Part shown: positions 39,773 to 52,880 of the stretch, in pieces
Position numbering within the stretch: the first letter of the stretch is position 1
Layout: the number at the start of each line of letters is the position of its first letter
NCBI GenBank assembly: GCA_951406725.2
Contig: OX597823.1
Location: 51,646,001-51,710,000, forward strand
DNA length: 64,000 bases
Source: Octopus vulgaris
Taxonomy: Eukaryota
Reading direction: 5' to 3'
Notes under the pieces: model-generated
Database searches by the model: none
What the model was told of the DNA's origin: nothing
What the model saw: the letters and a program-made list of their open reading frames with translations, nothing else
Program-made: the position numbers and the translations under genes

Positions 39773-40109
39773 CATACACACACATATATTTATTTATAAA
39801 TGTATATATATACACGTACATACATATATATATATATGTACACACACACGTGTGTGTGTGTGTGTGTGTACATACGTATATGTGTATGTAATATGTAATA
39901 ATGTTCGTATGTATGTATGTATGTATGTATGTATGTATGAAGATGAGTAGCGTATGTTTTGGTTTATGCGATTATATATGTATTCCACCATGCGTATCTA
40001 CATGTTCGCATTTATATCAAGAGATGCGGTTGGTTTATGTTTCAGCATTTACATGTAGTTATGGTAATAGTTTTAAGTAGTATTTCTTTATATCTCTTTC
40101 ATCTTTCAC

Positions 40110-40349
40110 TTCATTCAGTCCTTAGACTGCGGCCATACTGGGGCATCGCCTTGAAGAATTCCAGTTGAATGAATCGTCCCCAGTACGTTTTTTTCTTTCT
40201 CTCTTTTTTTCCTTTAAAGCGTTGTACTTATTCTGTTGGCTTTTTTTTTTACCAAACCGCTAGTTTCAGGGACGTAAACACACCAACACCGCTTGGTGGG
40301 AGGGAAGCAAACACAGACACAACGACACACACATGCACGCACACGCACG

Positions 40350-40392
<43 letters not shown>

Positions 40393-40690
40393 CATGCGCG
40401 GTCCCAAGAATTTTTCGAAGAGAGGGCAGAAGGTCAGAAGGAATACAATTCCAGGAGAAGAGGGCGTAATAACATTATTTAGAAGGGCGCACTCCTTTTC
40501 TTGAGCGGGGCACGTGCCCCTCAGCCCCACATCTTTGGGCCTGCCTCTATACACGCATACAGACATATAACGGGATTCTTTCAGTTTCCGTCTACTAAAT
40601 CCACTAAAAAAAGTGCTTTGTCCAAGGTGTCAATGTGGCACTGAACCCAGAACCAAACGTTTTACTACACAGCCACGTCTGCATCTTATA
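40110..40690 (-). mobile_element. SINE family B with ~150-bp GC-rich insert (40393-40548)
   Basis: Family B halves flank the insert, which contains the palindrome ggggcacgtgcccc. Confidence 0.7.
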
Positions 40691-40834
40691 TCCTAATTAT
40701 AAAAGCAATCAGTTCAATTGATCAAAAAATTAGGTACCCATCGTCGAAATGGACAGGAAAGAGTTCCATTCAGTTATGTATGTGCGAGTGTCTGTGTGTG
40801 TGTCTGTGTGTGCGAGTGTGCGTGGTGTATACGC

Positions 40835-41810
40835 AGTTTTAGCACGTAGCTTAGTGGTTGGGGTAGTCGGCTCGCGATCATAAGGTCGTGAATTCGATTC
40901 CCGGCGGTGTGTTGTATCCTTGAGCAAGATACTGTATTTCTCATTGCTCCAGTCCACTCAGCTGTCAAAATTGAGTTGTACCTGTAATACAAAGGGCCAG
41001 CCTTGTTACATTGCGCGTCATACTGAATCTCACTGAAACTACGTTTGAGATACACGTGTTTGTAGAGTGCTCGGCTACTGACACATTAATTTCACGAGTA
41101 GGCAGTTTGGATGATCATATCAACCGGAAACCTATTTCTTTTACTACCCACAAGGGGCTAAACACAGAGAGGACAAACAAGGACAGACAAAGGGATTAAG
41201 TCGATTACACCGACCCCAGTGCGTAACTGGTACTTAATTTATCTACCCCGAAAGGATGAAAGGCAAAGTCGACCTCGGCGGAATTTGAACTCGGAACGTA
41301 ACGACAGACAAAATACGGTTACGCATTTCGCCCGGCGTGCTAACGTTTCTGCCAGCTCGCCGCCTTATGCCAGCTCGCCGCCTTATGCCAGCTCGCCGCC
41401 TTATATCAACCGGAAACCTCGAGGTCGTTACCGATGGAGAGCCAGACCATACGTGTGTACACATGCAATGTGAGTGAAAGACCGAAACTGAGAGCAAAAC
41501 AAACAAACTCTCGACGAATAATAAATTCGAATATTTGCTGCGTCGTTGGAATGGTTGCCATCGTAAAGAAATGAAAGCTGAGAGCCAAACTTCTGAAAGC
41601 GCTAAGGACTAAGAAGACGCTGAGGATTTGAAGAAAGTAGTTGCGTCTTTAAGCCACGTTGCAACACGAGGCAATGCTCAGATATTATGGCGGGGTCTCA
41701 CTTGACAAAGAAGACCCGATTGCTCAATTAACGATGCCTTAGGGAGACATTATAGAGTGTACTCATGAAAAAGTGGGCCCTATGTAGGAAAGGGTCGGCG
41801 AACATTGTGA
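40835..41810 (+). mobile_element. Composite repeat: family A-like SINE plus ~330-bp extra 3' domain, with nested family C SINE
   Basis: Mirror-image homolog at 46197-46820. Confidence 0.75.
41134..41402 (-). mobile_element. Young SINE family C with 17-bp TSD and triplicated head
   Basis: TSD atatcaaccggaaacct at 41117-41133 and 41403-41419, plus (gccagctcgccgccttat)x3. Confidence 0.9.
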
Positions 41811-41936
41811 GATATAATGATGACAGTATACGTGGCTTCTGGGAAAGAAGAGGTGTTGTAGTTCCGTAGTAGGATCTACAATATTCTACCAAGCATTGCG
41901 ATTAGGAAAAAAGAGAAGAGCAGTGATTCGTAAATC

Positions 41937-41974
<38 letters not shown>

Positions 41975-41977
<3 letters not shown>

Positions 41978-42305
41978 CAGAAGTGGCTGTGTGGTAAGAA
42001 ACTTGATTCCTAGCCACAGGGTTTCGGGTTCAGTCCTACTGTTTGGCATCCTTGGCAAGTGTCTTCTACAATGGCATCGGGCCGATCAAAGCTTTATGAG
42101 TAGATTTGGTTAACAGAAACTGAAAGAAGTCCGTGTGTGTGTGTGCACGCGCACGTGTGTGTGTGTACGTTTTTGTGTTTGTGTTTTTCCCCACCCAATG
42201 CTTGACAACCGGCGTTGGTTTGTTTACGTCCACATAACGTAGCGGTTTGACAAAAAAGAGACCCTTAGGAAAAATAAGTACTGGGGTTGATTAATTCGTC
42301 TAAAA
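41975..42305 (+). mobile_element. SINE family B
   Basis: gtggctgtgtggtaag head and aataagtactggggttgat tail. Confidence 0.85.
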
Positions 42306-42680
42306 GATAAAAGACAGAAATGGCCGAGGAGACGTAAGCGAGAAAGACGAAAAATTAACAGCTAAGAATAAATATCCAGGAAGTAGTAAAGCAAAAATAT
42401 GGCAGCCTCGTGAGAGTAATTACTGTTGCCCCTAGACTGATGGCGTGGCTGTTTGGGTTCCGGAAAGAAAAGTTGTGTTATAGTGTGGGTCAAAAGAAGA
42501 AGAACGTTCACTTGTATCAATATTGCTTTGACCCACAGGTCAAAACGATACTGTCAGAAGGGACACATATTCTTGCGACAACTGAGAACGGTACTGCTCT
42601 GCAAAACAAATAGTATCGAATGTGTGCGTGTATACGTGTGAGTGTGTATGTAGACATCTCTCTATCTATCTATCTATCAA

Positions 42681-42717
<37 letters not shown>

Positions 42718-42993
42718 CAATAATAATTCTCTAAATGAGATATAGACAGTGACTACTCCATAATATAAGGGATATTAGCCAATTGAATATGGCTAGGGAC
42801 AGGGCAGGGTGGTGGGGGTGTCACTGTTGCATTTAGCCCCAGGCGAACATCAACGTCACCAGATAGGCCTGACGCCATCACGGCGTCCTCTATCTTGCAA
42901 AGGGAGATCATTCACCAAGAAGCGGATACCACATTATTGCTGGCGAACAGATTTATATCTTGCACAGTTGGTCGTTCATCGAGAAGCGATGCC

Positions 42994-43047
42994 TACCACA
43001 CGTTGATAATAGGCAATACACCTTGAAACCTAGGTCCGTGTGTGGTA
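42994..43047 (+). ncRNA. Type I hammerhead ribozyme motif, U3-A8 variant (UUGAUAA)
   Basis: taccacacg-TTGATAA-t-agg-caataca-cct-t-GAAA-cctagg-TC-cgtgtgtggta. Cleavage is predicted after 43036. Confidence 0.7.
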
Positions 43048-43349
43048 TCCGCTTCTTGGTGAATGATCTCCCTTTGCAAGATAGAGGACGCCGTGATGGC
43101 GTCAGGCCTATCTGGTGACGTTGATGTTCGCCTGGGGCTAAATGCAACAGTGACACCCCCACCACCCTGCCCTGTCCCTAGCCATATTCAATTGGCTAAT
43201 ATCCCTTATATTATGGAGCAGTCACTGTCTATATCTCATTTAGAGAATTATTATTGCTGTCGAACAGATTTTCGAAATCAGTAAATGTATTTACTTGAAA
43301 ATCCTTATATATATCTTGCACAGTTGGTCGTTCATCGAGAAGCGATGCC

Positions 43350-43403
43350 TACCACACGTCGATAATAGGCAATACACCTTGAAACCTAGGTCCGTGTGTG
43401 GTA
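43350..43403 (+). ncRNA. Type I hammerhead ribozyme motif, U3-A8 plus U4C variant (UCGAUAA)
   Basis: taccacacg-TCGATAA-t-agg-caataca-cct-t-GAAA-cctagg-TC-cgtgtgtggta. Cleavage is predicted after 43392. Confidence 0.7.
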
Positions 43404-43566
43404 TCCGCTTCTTGGTGAATGATCTCCCTTTGCAAGATAGAGGACGCCGTGAGAGCGTCAGGCCTATCTGGTGACGTTGATGTTCGCCTGGGGCTAAATG
43501 CAACAGTGACACCCCCACCACCCTGCCCTGTCCCTAGCCATATTCAATTGGCTAATATCCCTTATA

Positions 43567-44064
<498 letters not shown>

Positions 44065-44067
<3 letters not shown>

Positions 44068-44378
44068 GGTATCTCGCCCGATTTAGCACCATTAGATTCT
44101 TTTGTTTACGGGTTCATTAAGTTTATGGTGTACACCAATAGAAGAATTAGAGATACACTGCAACTTCGAAATTTTATTCCTGAAGCTGTTCAAAACATCA
44201 CACCTCAAATGCTGGAAAGTGTGTTCCGAGAAGCATTTTATCGCTTTGAGCTCTGATGGTAACCATAATGAGCACAAATTCTTTACAGCATATACCTTGA
44301 AATAAATATGTTATTCAAATTTTAACAAGTTTTTCATAATTCCAATTATTTCTCATAATAATCGCTTTTGACACCTTG
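44065..44378 (+). mobile_element. Tc1/mariner-superfamily deletion derivative (transposase C-terminus)
   Basis: SPDLAPLDSFVYGFIKFMVY..ITPQMLESVF. Ends are ta-cagggt ... ttttgacaccttg. Confidence 0.8.
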
Positions 44379-44401
44379 GCGTGCGTGTGTGTGTGTGTAT
44401 A

Positions 44402-44599
44402 CCGGGGATGCTGAAAAGTTCCTGGATTTCGGTAAAAGAGAATACAGGAGGTTCAGTTAATTATGATTTTCTGCAACATATTCTCCTCTCAGATTCACAC
44501 ACTAATTGCAGCGGTCCTTCGATATTTCTAAGCCCTGTAAGAGAACTCCAACAAGACCTTTCGTGATACCTTTAAAGCCAAAATCTTTTCAGCACCCCT

Positions 44600-44602
<3 letters not shown>
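44402..44602 (-). mobile_element. Mariner-derived MITE
   Basis: TIRs ggggatgctgaaaagttcctgg / ccaaaatcttttcagcacccc; homolog at 32611. Confidence 0.8.
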
Positions 44603-44662
<60 letters not shown>

Positions 44663-44673
44663 CGTGCGTGTAT

Positions 44674-44982
44674 AGTGAAGGTGCGTGGCTTAGTGGTTAG
44701 GGCATTCAGCTCACAATCTTAAGGTCATGAGTTCAATTCCCGGTGACGCGGTGTGTCCTTGAGCAAGCAAGACACTTTATTTCACGTTGTTCCAATACGC
44801 TCATCTGGCAAAAATGAGTAGTACCTGTATTTCAAAATGTCAGCTTTGTCACACTGAGAAGTACGTTAAGGGTAGGCCTACACGTGTCTGTGGAATGCCA
44901 CTTGCACGTTAACTTCACGAGTAGGGTGTTCCGTTGATCGTATCAGCTGAGACCCTCGTCGTCGTAACCGACGGTGTGTTCC
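44674..44982 (+). mobile_element. SINE family A-like
   Basis: gtgaaggtgcgtggcttagtggttaggg..gagttcaattccc..ccctcgtcgtcgtaaccgacgg. Confidence 0.85.
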
Positions 44983-44983
44983 T

Positions 44984-45046
<63 letters not shown>

Positions 45047-45947
45047 TTCAGCCTTGAGATTGCGACCATGCTGGGGCATAAATGTGTGTGTGTGTATAAA
45101 TTGTTACTGAGCCAAACGAGGGGAAGAATAGAAAAAATCACGTGCATAGAGAATATATCAGAATTAATTAGAATTTAATTGCTTTCAAAATATAGGAATA
45201 CACGTAACTGGATTCACCTTAGATTTTCAAAAGGGCATAGTTTATAAAGCTGCGTCACGAACTATGTCAAATTTGGCTGTTGTTTTAATATACGTATATA
45301 TAAGTAAATATAAACACACGTGCGTGTATGTATGAGTGTGTATGTATGTAGGTCTATTAACGTGTTTCAATCTGTATTTCTCCATAGGTGAATATCTCTA
45401 AGTACACAATTCTCTTGACTGTTATGCAAGAGTATATTTCTATGAAAAGTATATATATTTAGATGTATATTTGTTCTACCTTTGTGTGTCTCTTCAACAC
45501 TATTTCTGCATATTTACGCATATTTATTGATTTATATACACTTACCTGTTTATTTGCTTATATGCTTGCTTTCATACACCAAGTATATACTCTCCTATAA
45601 TCTGTAATTTCCTCAAGCATTGCCTAACGTACTGTTTGTAATTTAACTCGCCCAAAACTTTCGCCAACGGATAAGTAACACTCTATTTCACCTCATTGCC
45701 ACATTTATTAACAGCTCATTATTAATGATTAATTATTAAATTTTGATTAATTTACAATTAATGACCGATAGTTATTGGATAATGACTTATCTGTCTTCTT
45801 TACTCAGTTTTATGCATAGGTAAAATATCTAACCAAATATGTACGCATTATATTTATACATTTTATTCCTATGTTTTTTGTATGCATACCTATATATTTG
45901 TGTGAATGCATGTATCTCTGCGTGAATATTATACATACATATATATG

Positions 45948-46170
45948 TAAGGCGATAAACTGGCTGAATCGTTAGCACGTAAGGCAAAAGGTTTAGCAGC
46001 ATTTCGTCCGTCTTTATGTTCTGAGTTCAAATTCCGCCAAGGTCTCGACTTTGCCCTTCATCCTTTCGAGGTTGATAAAATAAATACCAGGTGAGCCCTG
46101 AGGGTTCATGTAATCGACAAAGTCCACCCCACACTCGAAATTGCTGTCTTTGTGACAAGATTTGAAATTA
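45948..46170 (+). mobile_element. SINE family C
   Basis: aaggcgataaactggc..gttcaaattccgcc..ttcatcctttcg. Confidence 0.85.
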
Positions 46171-46196
46171 TTGGCCTTATGTCAATAATTTGAAAC

Positions 46197-46820
46197 CCCT
46201 TTTTTCATGAGCCCACTCCATAATGTCTCCCTAAGGCATCCTTGATTCAGCAATCATGTCTTTTTTGTCAAGTGAGATCCCGTCATAATATCCGAGCATT
46301 GCTTCATATTGCAATATAACTTGGGAACACAACTAATTTCTTCAAATCCTCTGCATCTTCTTAGTCATTAACACTTTTCAGAAATTTCGTTCTCAGCTTT
46401 CATTTCTTTACGATGACAACCACTCCAACGACGCAGAAAATATCGAGGATTTGTTCTTTGCTCTCAGCTTCGGTCTTTGACTCATATATTTGTGCACATG
46501 TGTATAAACCGCACATACGGCCGGGTTCTTCGTCGATTACAACGGCGAGGGTTCCAGTTGATACGATCAACGGTACAGCCTGCTCGTAGAATTAACCTAC
46601 AAGTGACTGAACACTCCACAGACATGTGTACCCTTAACGTAGTTCTCAGGGAAATTCAACGTGACACAGTTGAATTACAGGTACAATTCATTTTTGCCAG
46701 CGAGAAATCAAAAAGAAATAAATTAGCTTGCTCAAGAACAAAACACGTCACCAGAAATCGAACTCATGACCATACGATCGCGAGCAGAATGCCCTAATCA
46801 CTAAGCCACGCGTCTTCACT
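46197..46820 (-). mobile_element. Composite family A-like SINE plus extra 3' domain (inverted relative of 40835-41810)
   Basis: tttcatttctttacgatgacaaccactccaacgacgcag mirrors ctgcgtcgttggaatggttgccatcgtaaagaaatgaaa. Confidence 0.75.
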
Positions 46821-47298
46821 TTCAAGAAACACTGCTTTAGAAAACTAGTCTTGTTTCGTTTATTATAGCGCTCTCAAAGGGTGCTAGAATTGGGGAAATT
46901 TTACGGCTCATATCTGATAAGATGCTATAACAAGGAGATGTAGGTGTTAGCCGTAGGTGTGGCCTACAAATTGGTTAGTCACTAGTAAGTGAAGTGTCAA
47001 GAAGAGTTGGTGGTTTGAAAAATAAATTAAAGTAGTGGATTTGGTTCGTTGGCATCTTTGTACCGAAAAATTTAATTGCTTGATAATTGCATAAAAATAC
47101 TTGATTTAATTATTTATATTCGTTCGATGATCATTGATCTATGAAACTTATCCGTTTTAATGCAATAAAAAAAATTCATATATTTACTTGCGACTTAATA
47201 ACTCAGTAGTTATTCACTACTCCAATAAGAATTGGTGCCACAGCATAGCCACAGCCCGTGAGCTGAAACTAGATGAAATATAAAAAACTTCCTTAACA

Positions 47299-47464
47299 TA
47301 GGCGCAAGCGTGGCTGTACTGTGAGAAGCTTGCTACCTAACCACATTGTTCCGGGTTCAGTTTCACCTCGTGGCATTTTTGCTAAATGTCTTCTACTATG
47401 GCCTGGAGCCGATCAAGACCCTATTAGTGCATTTGGTAGGCGGAAGCTGAAAGAACCGCGTCGT
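47299..47464 (+). mobile_element. SINE family B 5' half
   Basis: aggcgcaagcgtggctg..gggttcagt..ctgaaagaaccgcgtcg. Confidence 0.8.
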
Positions 47465-47476
47465 ATATAGGACTAG

Positions 47477-47990
47477 GTATAAATAATGGTCATTACATAT
47501 TTTTCCTTTATTGGAGTAAATTTGGCTTGCAGCTGTTTCCGACGTTCATTATAGGTTCGTTACTGATAGGTTTTTCAATTAGTCTATTGATCAGCTGAGA
47601 AAAGTTGAACCACCTAAGAAATGACTACTGGAAACAGATGTAAGCCAAATTTACTCCAATAAAGGAAAAATATGTAATGATCTTTATTTATACTTTTTGT
47701 GTGTAGCACTCTGTATAAAAAAATCAGTTTGGTTGGAGCACAACACGGATTTACAATACAGAATGGTGATGAAATATAACCTTGGACTCTGGAATAAGAA
47801 TCCTTGGAGTTCCTTACTAATATAGACAATATTGTTAGCGTGGTGTGCCAACAGTGAGCTTATACAGTACTTTGCACGGATTGATAATCCCTCACCAATA
47901 ACTCTTTTACACACATACACATATATATGAGTGTATAAAAATAAATGCACAAAGAGAAGACCCTTGTTACCCAGTGGTGATGGGTAACAA
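47477..47990. mobile_element. Fold-back element with ~64-bp inverted arms plus one-sided extension (PLE-like architecture)
   Basis: 47477-47540 is mirrored by 47630-47693. The arms contain GAAA-cag(c/a)tg-(T/C)A. The right boundary is approximate. Confidence 0.6.
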
Positions 47991-48113
47991 GTACACATAC
48001 ATACATACATACATACATACATACATACATACATACATACATACATGCATGCATGCATGCATACATACATACATACATACATACATACATACATACATAC
48101 ATACATACATACA

Positions 48114-48146
<33 letters not shown>

Positions 48147-48687
48147 GTACGATAGGCTTCTTTTAGTTTCTGTCTATCAAATCCACGGAGAAGAAAGAAA
48201 GAAATAATAATAGAAACCTTTTTGAAATAGATAAATAACGAACTTCACTCCAGAAATATTAAAAAACTAAATTAACAAATTGATTATTTAGATCATTGCA
48301 GATGACTTAAGATTGTTTATATATTCCTCTAAGCAAAGCCCTAGAATGTTGTGACTGTATAATGCCCTACCTATAACTTCTATTTCTATAAGGACATTTA
48401 TACCTATAGAGCATTGCATTAACCTGTGAGAATAGAAACCTTGTTAAATTATGAGCACATTTTCGTAGTATGTGGATTGAAAATAATAGCATAAATAATT
48501 GGATTTCAAGGAAATAATATAAAAAAGTTTATATTATCAATATATAAGAAACAGGAGATCTAATACGTAATTTTGTCTAGAAAACCTGAACTTAGAAAAC
48601 AATTTATGTCCTGAATGTAAATACATTATTGCTATGCAAGGGCAAATACATAATTTCATATCAACTTATACAACTTATATACTAATT

Positions 48688-48719
<32 letters not shown>

Positions 48720-49467
48720 TTTGTAAAAGTTTTTAGTAAACCATGGGCAAGCATTCAGGAATTTATTTGCAATTAGCAATATCACTAAGACATTATTTAA
48801 AGTTTGCATTTTTGTTTGATGATGGTTAAGTGAATTGGCAAAAGAAGATTGCATTAAATAAAAGTTTGAAATTCGGAATCTGAATTTCATCAACACATTC
48901 TTTGAAATTTAAGAATATCTAGATTATAAATAACTAAATTTAAATTTAGTTGGCAGTTCACATCCATCTTGTAGAATGAATGCGAAAAATACATTTTTTT
49001 TTTTACTATTCTCATTTTGGTAATTTTTATAAATAAGATAAGAGCAAAGTAAATGTTTACTAGAAGACAAATATTTTGAGGATGAATTACATCAAAGGCT
49101 GTGGAAAACATTCACATAGTAGTAGTAGTATGAAGGCTTTCACTGTAACAAAACATTGCTGCATCTACCATATGTTGGTGATTCCTTCCTCCAAGTGGAT
49201 GACGACTTTGCACCACTCAGGCAACAATCCTCCAACCCATGGACCTGTTTCGGAAGTCTTAGATGGTGAGGGGTTTAAAAGGTCGGAGTGCATATCCTAC
49301 CTCAACTCCTTTCACATTTGTATGATGACTAATTATTGATGGAAATTGAAATGAACCTCTTGATAAATCTCTCCAACAGTGAAAGAAGAATGATATATGT
49401 AAATAATTTCATATAGCATTTATACGGTGTATATGCATGTGTATACACATATTTATATGTGTGCACT

Positions 49468-49524
<57 letters not shown>

Positions 49525-49551
49525 TATATATATACACATTTATTTATTTTT

Positions 49552-50066
<515 letters not shown>

Positions 50067-51506
50067 CACACACACACACACATATATATACACATACACG
50101 TATATCATCCTAAAAATAATGTGCCAGACAAGTACTGGAATCAATATAATTCACAATGTTTCTTTCTCCAAATCAGAGACTTTGTGCCCATATAAAAAAA
50201 AAAAATTTTATTATTTTGAAAAGAGATCATTTCATAGTCGATAAAATTTTGTATCAGGCAGGTACTAAGGTCTATTCAATTGACTAACTTTTCCACAAAT
50301 ATTCTGGCCTTGGACCTAGATAAGAAATTATTATTTCAGAAACACTCAGCATACAAAGTTAATAAAGATCCTTCTCCTAATGAGGAACTGAGCTGAAAAT
50401 ATTAACTAGAAAAGATATTAAAAAGTAGTACCTTTACATAACCTTGGAAATCAACAAATAAGAGATAAAAAATGTAGATGACAATTTATAGTGAGTGATA
50501 GTAATGAAAACAGTGCCAGTTTTGCTTGAGTATTTCCTTTATTTCCGAAAGACTTATCCCAAAGACCTTTTCTTTTTCCTTTTCCTTTTTTTTTTTATTG
50601 CCATCTTTTAATTTCTAAAGGAGCTGTTTGATGCAGCAGAAAAGAATTCTGGGATAAGCAATGGAGCATAAATTATTTGATTCATAGAAGCATAGCTTTC
50701 AGGTTGAATAGAATAGTAATTCTTCTGATTCTAGAAGTATTTATAGTTGGAGACATAGATTGTATTTGAACAGTCTGTTTACTTCTTGGCTATTAGAAAG
50801 AGAAATGTATGACAACGAAGGCGCCAAATGGAAGAAAAGGTCAGGCAAATTAAGATGTTCATATTTTAAAGATAATCTTGATGAGTGCAGATATTGGCTG
50901 ATTGCAATATAGGAAAAAAAAATATCTACCATTAGTTTCTTTAGATGTCAGTAGCAAGGAGAGAATTAGCAAGAATGGTATTTAGTAAAGAGAGACACTA
51001 CAGACTGCAGTTACCTTCCAGATTTTGTAGCCAAGTGAGGAATTCTGATGTCAGTAACTGGATTCAATGATGGTTGGGTCTTTAAAATGTTTGCTTTGCA
51101 ATGACACAATTCCAGGTACTAACCTACACCCCAGTGTCTTGAAAGTGGGGAGGTAGGTGATGTTTTCTTCTGTAGCTTCAGGTTGCCCACTCCTAAATAA
51201 GAATTTGATAGGCAAAATCAGCATGAAAGGTTATGTAGCTGAAGCAGAAGGAGACATCCTTTTTAACCCTCCCTAATTTGAGAAATAGCTGTTCAGAAAT
51301 GACATCTGGTAGATGAGAATGCTGTGCAAAAGTGAGCTTACCAAGGTCGTTGATTTGCTACAGACAAGGAAGTGCAGAAAGCAATACATAAATGACTGCA
51401 TGACCTGCCAAAAACCTTCTCTGCTGAAAGAAGCTAGCTTGGGGACCACTGGAAGAAGTGCATTAGAAAAGAAGGAGGCAATGTTGAAAAATGCATGAGA
51501 GCATAT

Positions 51507-51752
51507 TATGTGGTACTAAAATGGGAGCTTTTTATATGGGAGCAGCATTGATGCTTTTCACATGGTGCCAGCATGACTGCTTTTATGTGATATCATCACA
51601 GGTACATTTTACATGGCACCAGCATGACTGCTTTTTATGTGGTACAAGCATGGCTGCTTTTTATGTGGTACCATCACAGGGACATTTTACGTGATACCAG
51701 CATAGGTGCTTTTTATGTGCTGCTAGCATGGGTGCTTTCTATGAGGTGCTAG
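51507..51752. repeat. ~26-bp minisatellite, ~9 degenerate units
   Basis: Consensus ~atgtggtaccagcatgggtgcttttt. Confidence 0.85.
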
Positions 51753-52880
51753 CTGAGGCATCATTCTAAAAATAAACAAACACAACACTGAAATCTCAAA
51801 GCTATGAGACAATGCGTGGTTCAAAATTCAAATTAATGTGAATAAATAAGCATTACATCTGATACAGTAATCTAAATACTAAAGGGTGGCAAAATTTTAT
51901 ATTTAAAATATGAATTCTTTATTTTAAGATGAAAAATATTTGACCCTCATAGTAAAGATAAAGATAGGATGATCACTGCCAGAGCATCAACAGAAAATTC
52001 TTTGATTGGTTATAGTCATACCATTGATCTCTTTGAGTCAAGCTGATAAGAGATATTCTAGAACAACAACTCACAATGGCTTTGCAAGCTGAGAGAATAG
52101 CATTGGTGTTCATCAGCTTTATTTATGAAAATATTTTAGTATGCTTAGATATAATATAAAGTTATGCCTAGCATTTGTTTCTTGGTTAATTTAGAATGCT
52201 TCCATTGTAACGGTGTTAGTTTGAAAAGTAAATCTTATTTTGGAAGAATTAGTTCTAAGCTGATTTAATTCAATCCTGAAATGGTTGCAATAGTTGGTTT
52301 TCATTTTCAGAATTCTTGATTAAATCTGCTAATGGCTAAACATATACTCTATACTTTAACAATATGCCAAGCTTCTGTTGCCCTCTTTTTACTTTTATTA
52401 TTCATATGGATTCTTTAGTAACTGAAATTCTCTTATTTGTTTTTCACTAAGAGGCGATATAATTATGAATTATACATATTTCTGGTTACTTATGAGTGTT
52501 TTTAAGTACATTCTGATTGTTAATGATAGTAACTTATAAAAGATTTTCTGCAAAGTTTTCTTCATAATGGGAAGGATTGATTAAATAAGACACAGACTAC
52601 AAGCTTGTAGGTCATTATTTCAAATCTACTGCTTGTATTATATTGTATTCTTAGTATTATATTTTATGAACCTCTAGCCTTCTGAAATATGAAACGTATC
52701 ATGTAAGCTGGTCTCAACAACAGTCTTTATAATCTCTTCTAAATGTATCTTTGAGAAGGATTGTAACATTGATGAATGTATGTACATACATGCATGCATG
52801 CATGCATACATACATACATACATACATACATACATACATACATACATACATACATACATACATACATACATACAAACAAA

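Larger units (their letters stand above)
42717..43565 (+). mobile_element. Tandem HHR-bearing PLE/retrozyme-like array (356-nt unit, ~2.4 units, first segment inverted)
   Basis: 42717-42933 is the reverse complement of 43041-43257. 42954-43208 is repeated at 43310-43564. Flanked by (TA)n. Confidence 0.85.

Noticed and set aside
42809-43521. Repeated ORFs [15 protein letters not shown].. and [11 protein letters not shown]..
   Set aside because: They recur only because the 356-nt unit is duplicated and inverted, and no protein motif is recognisable.
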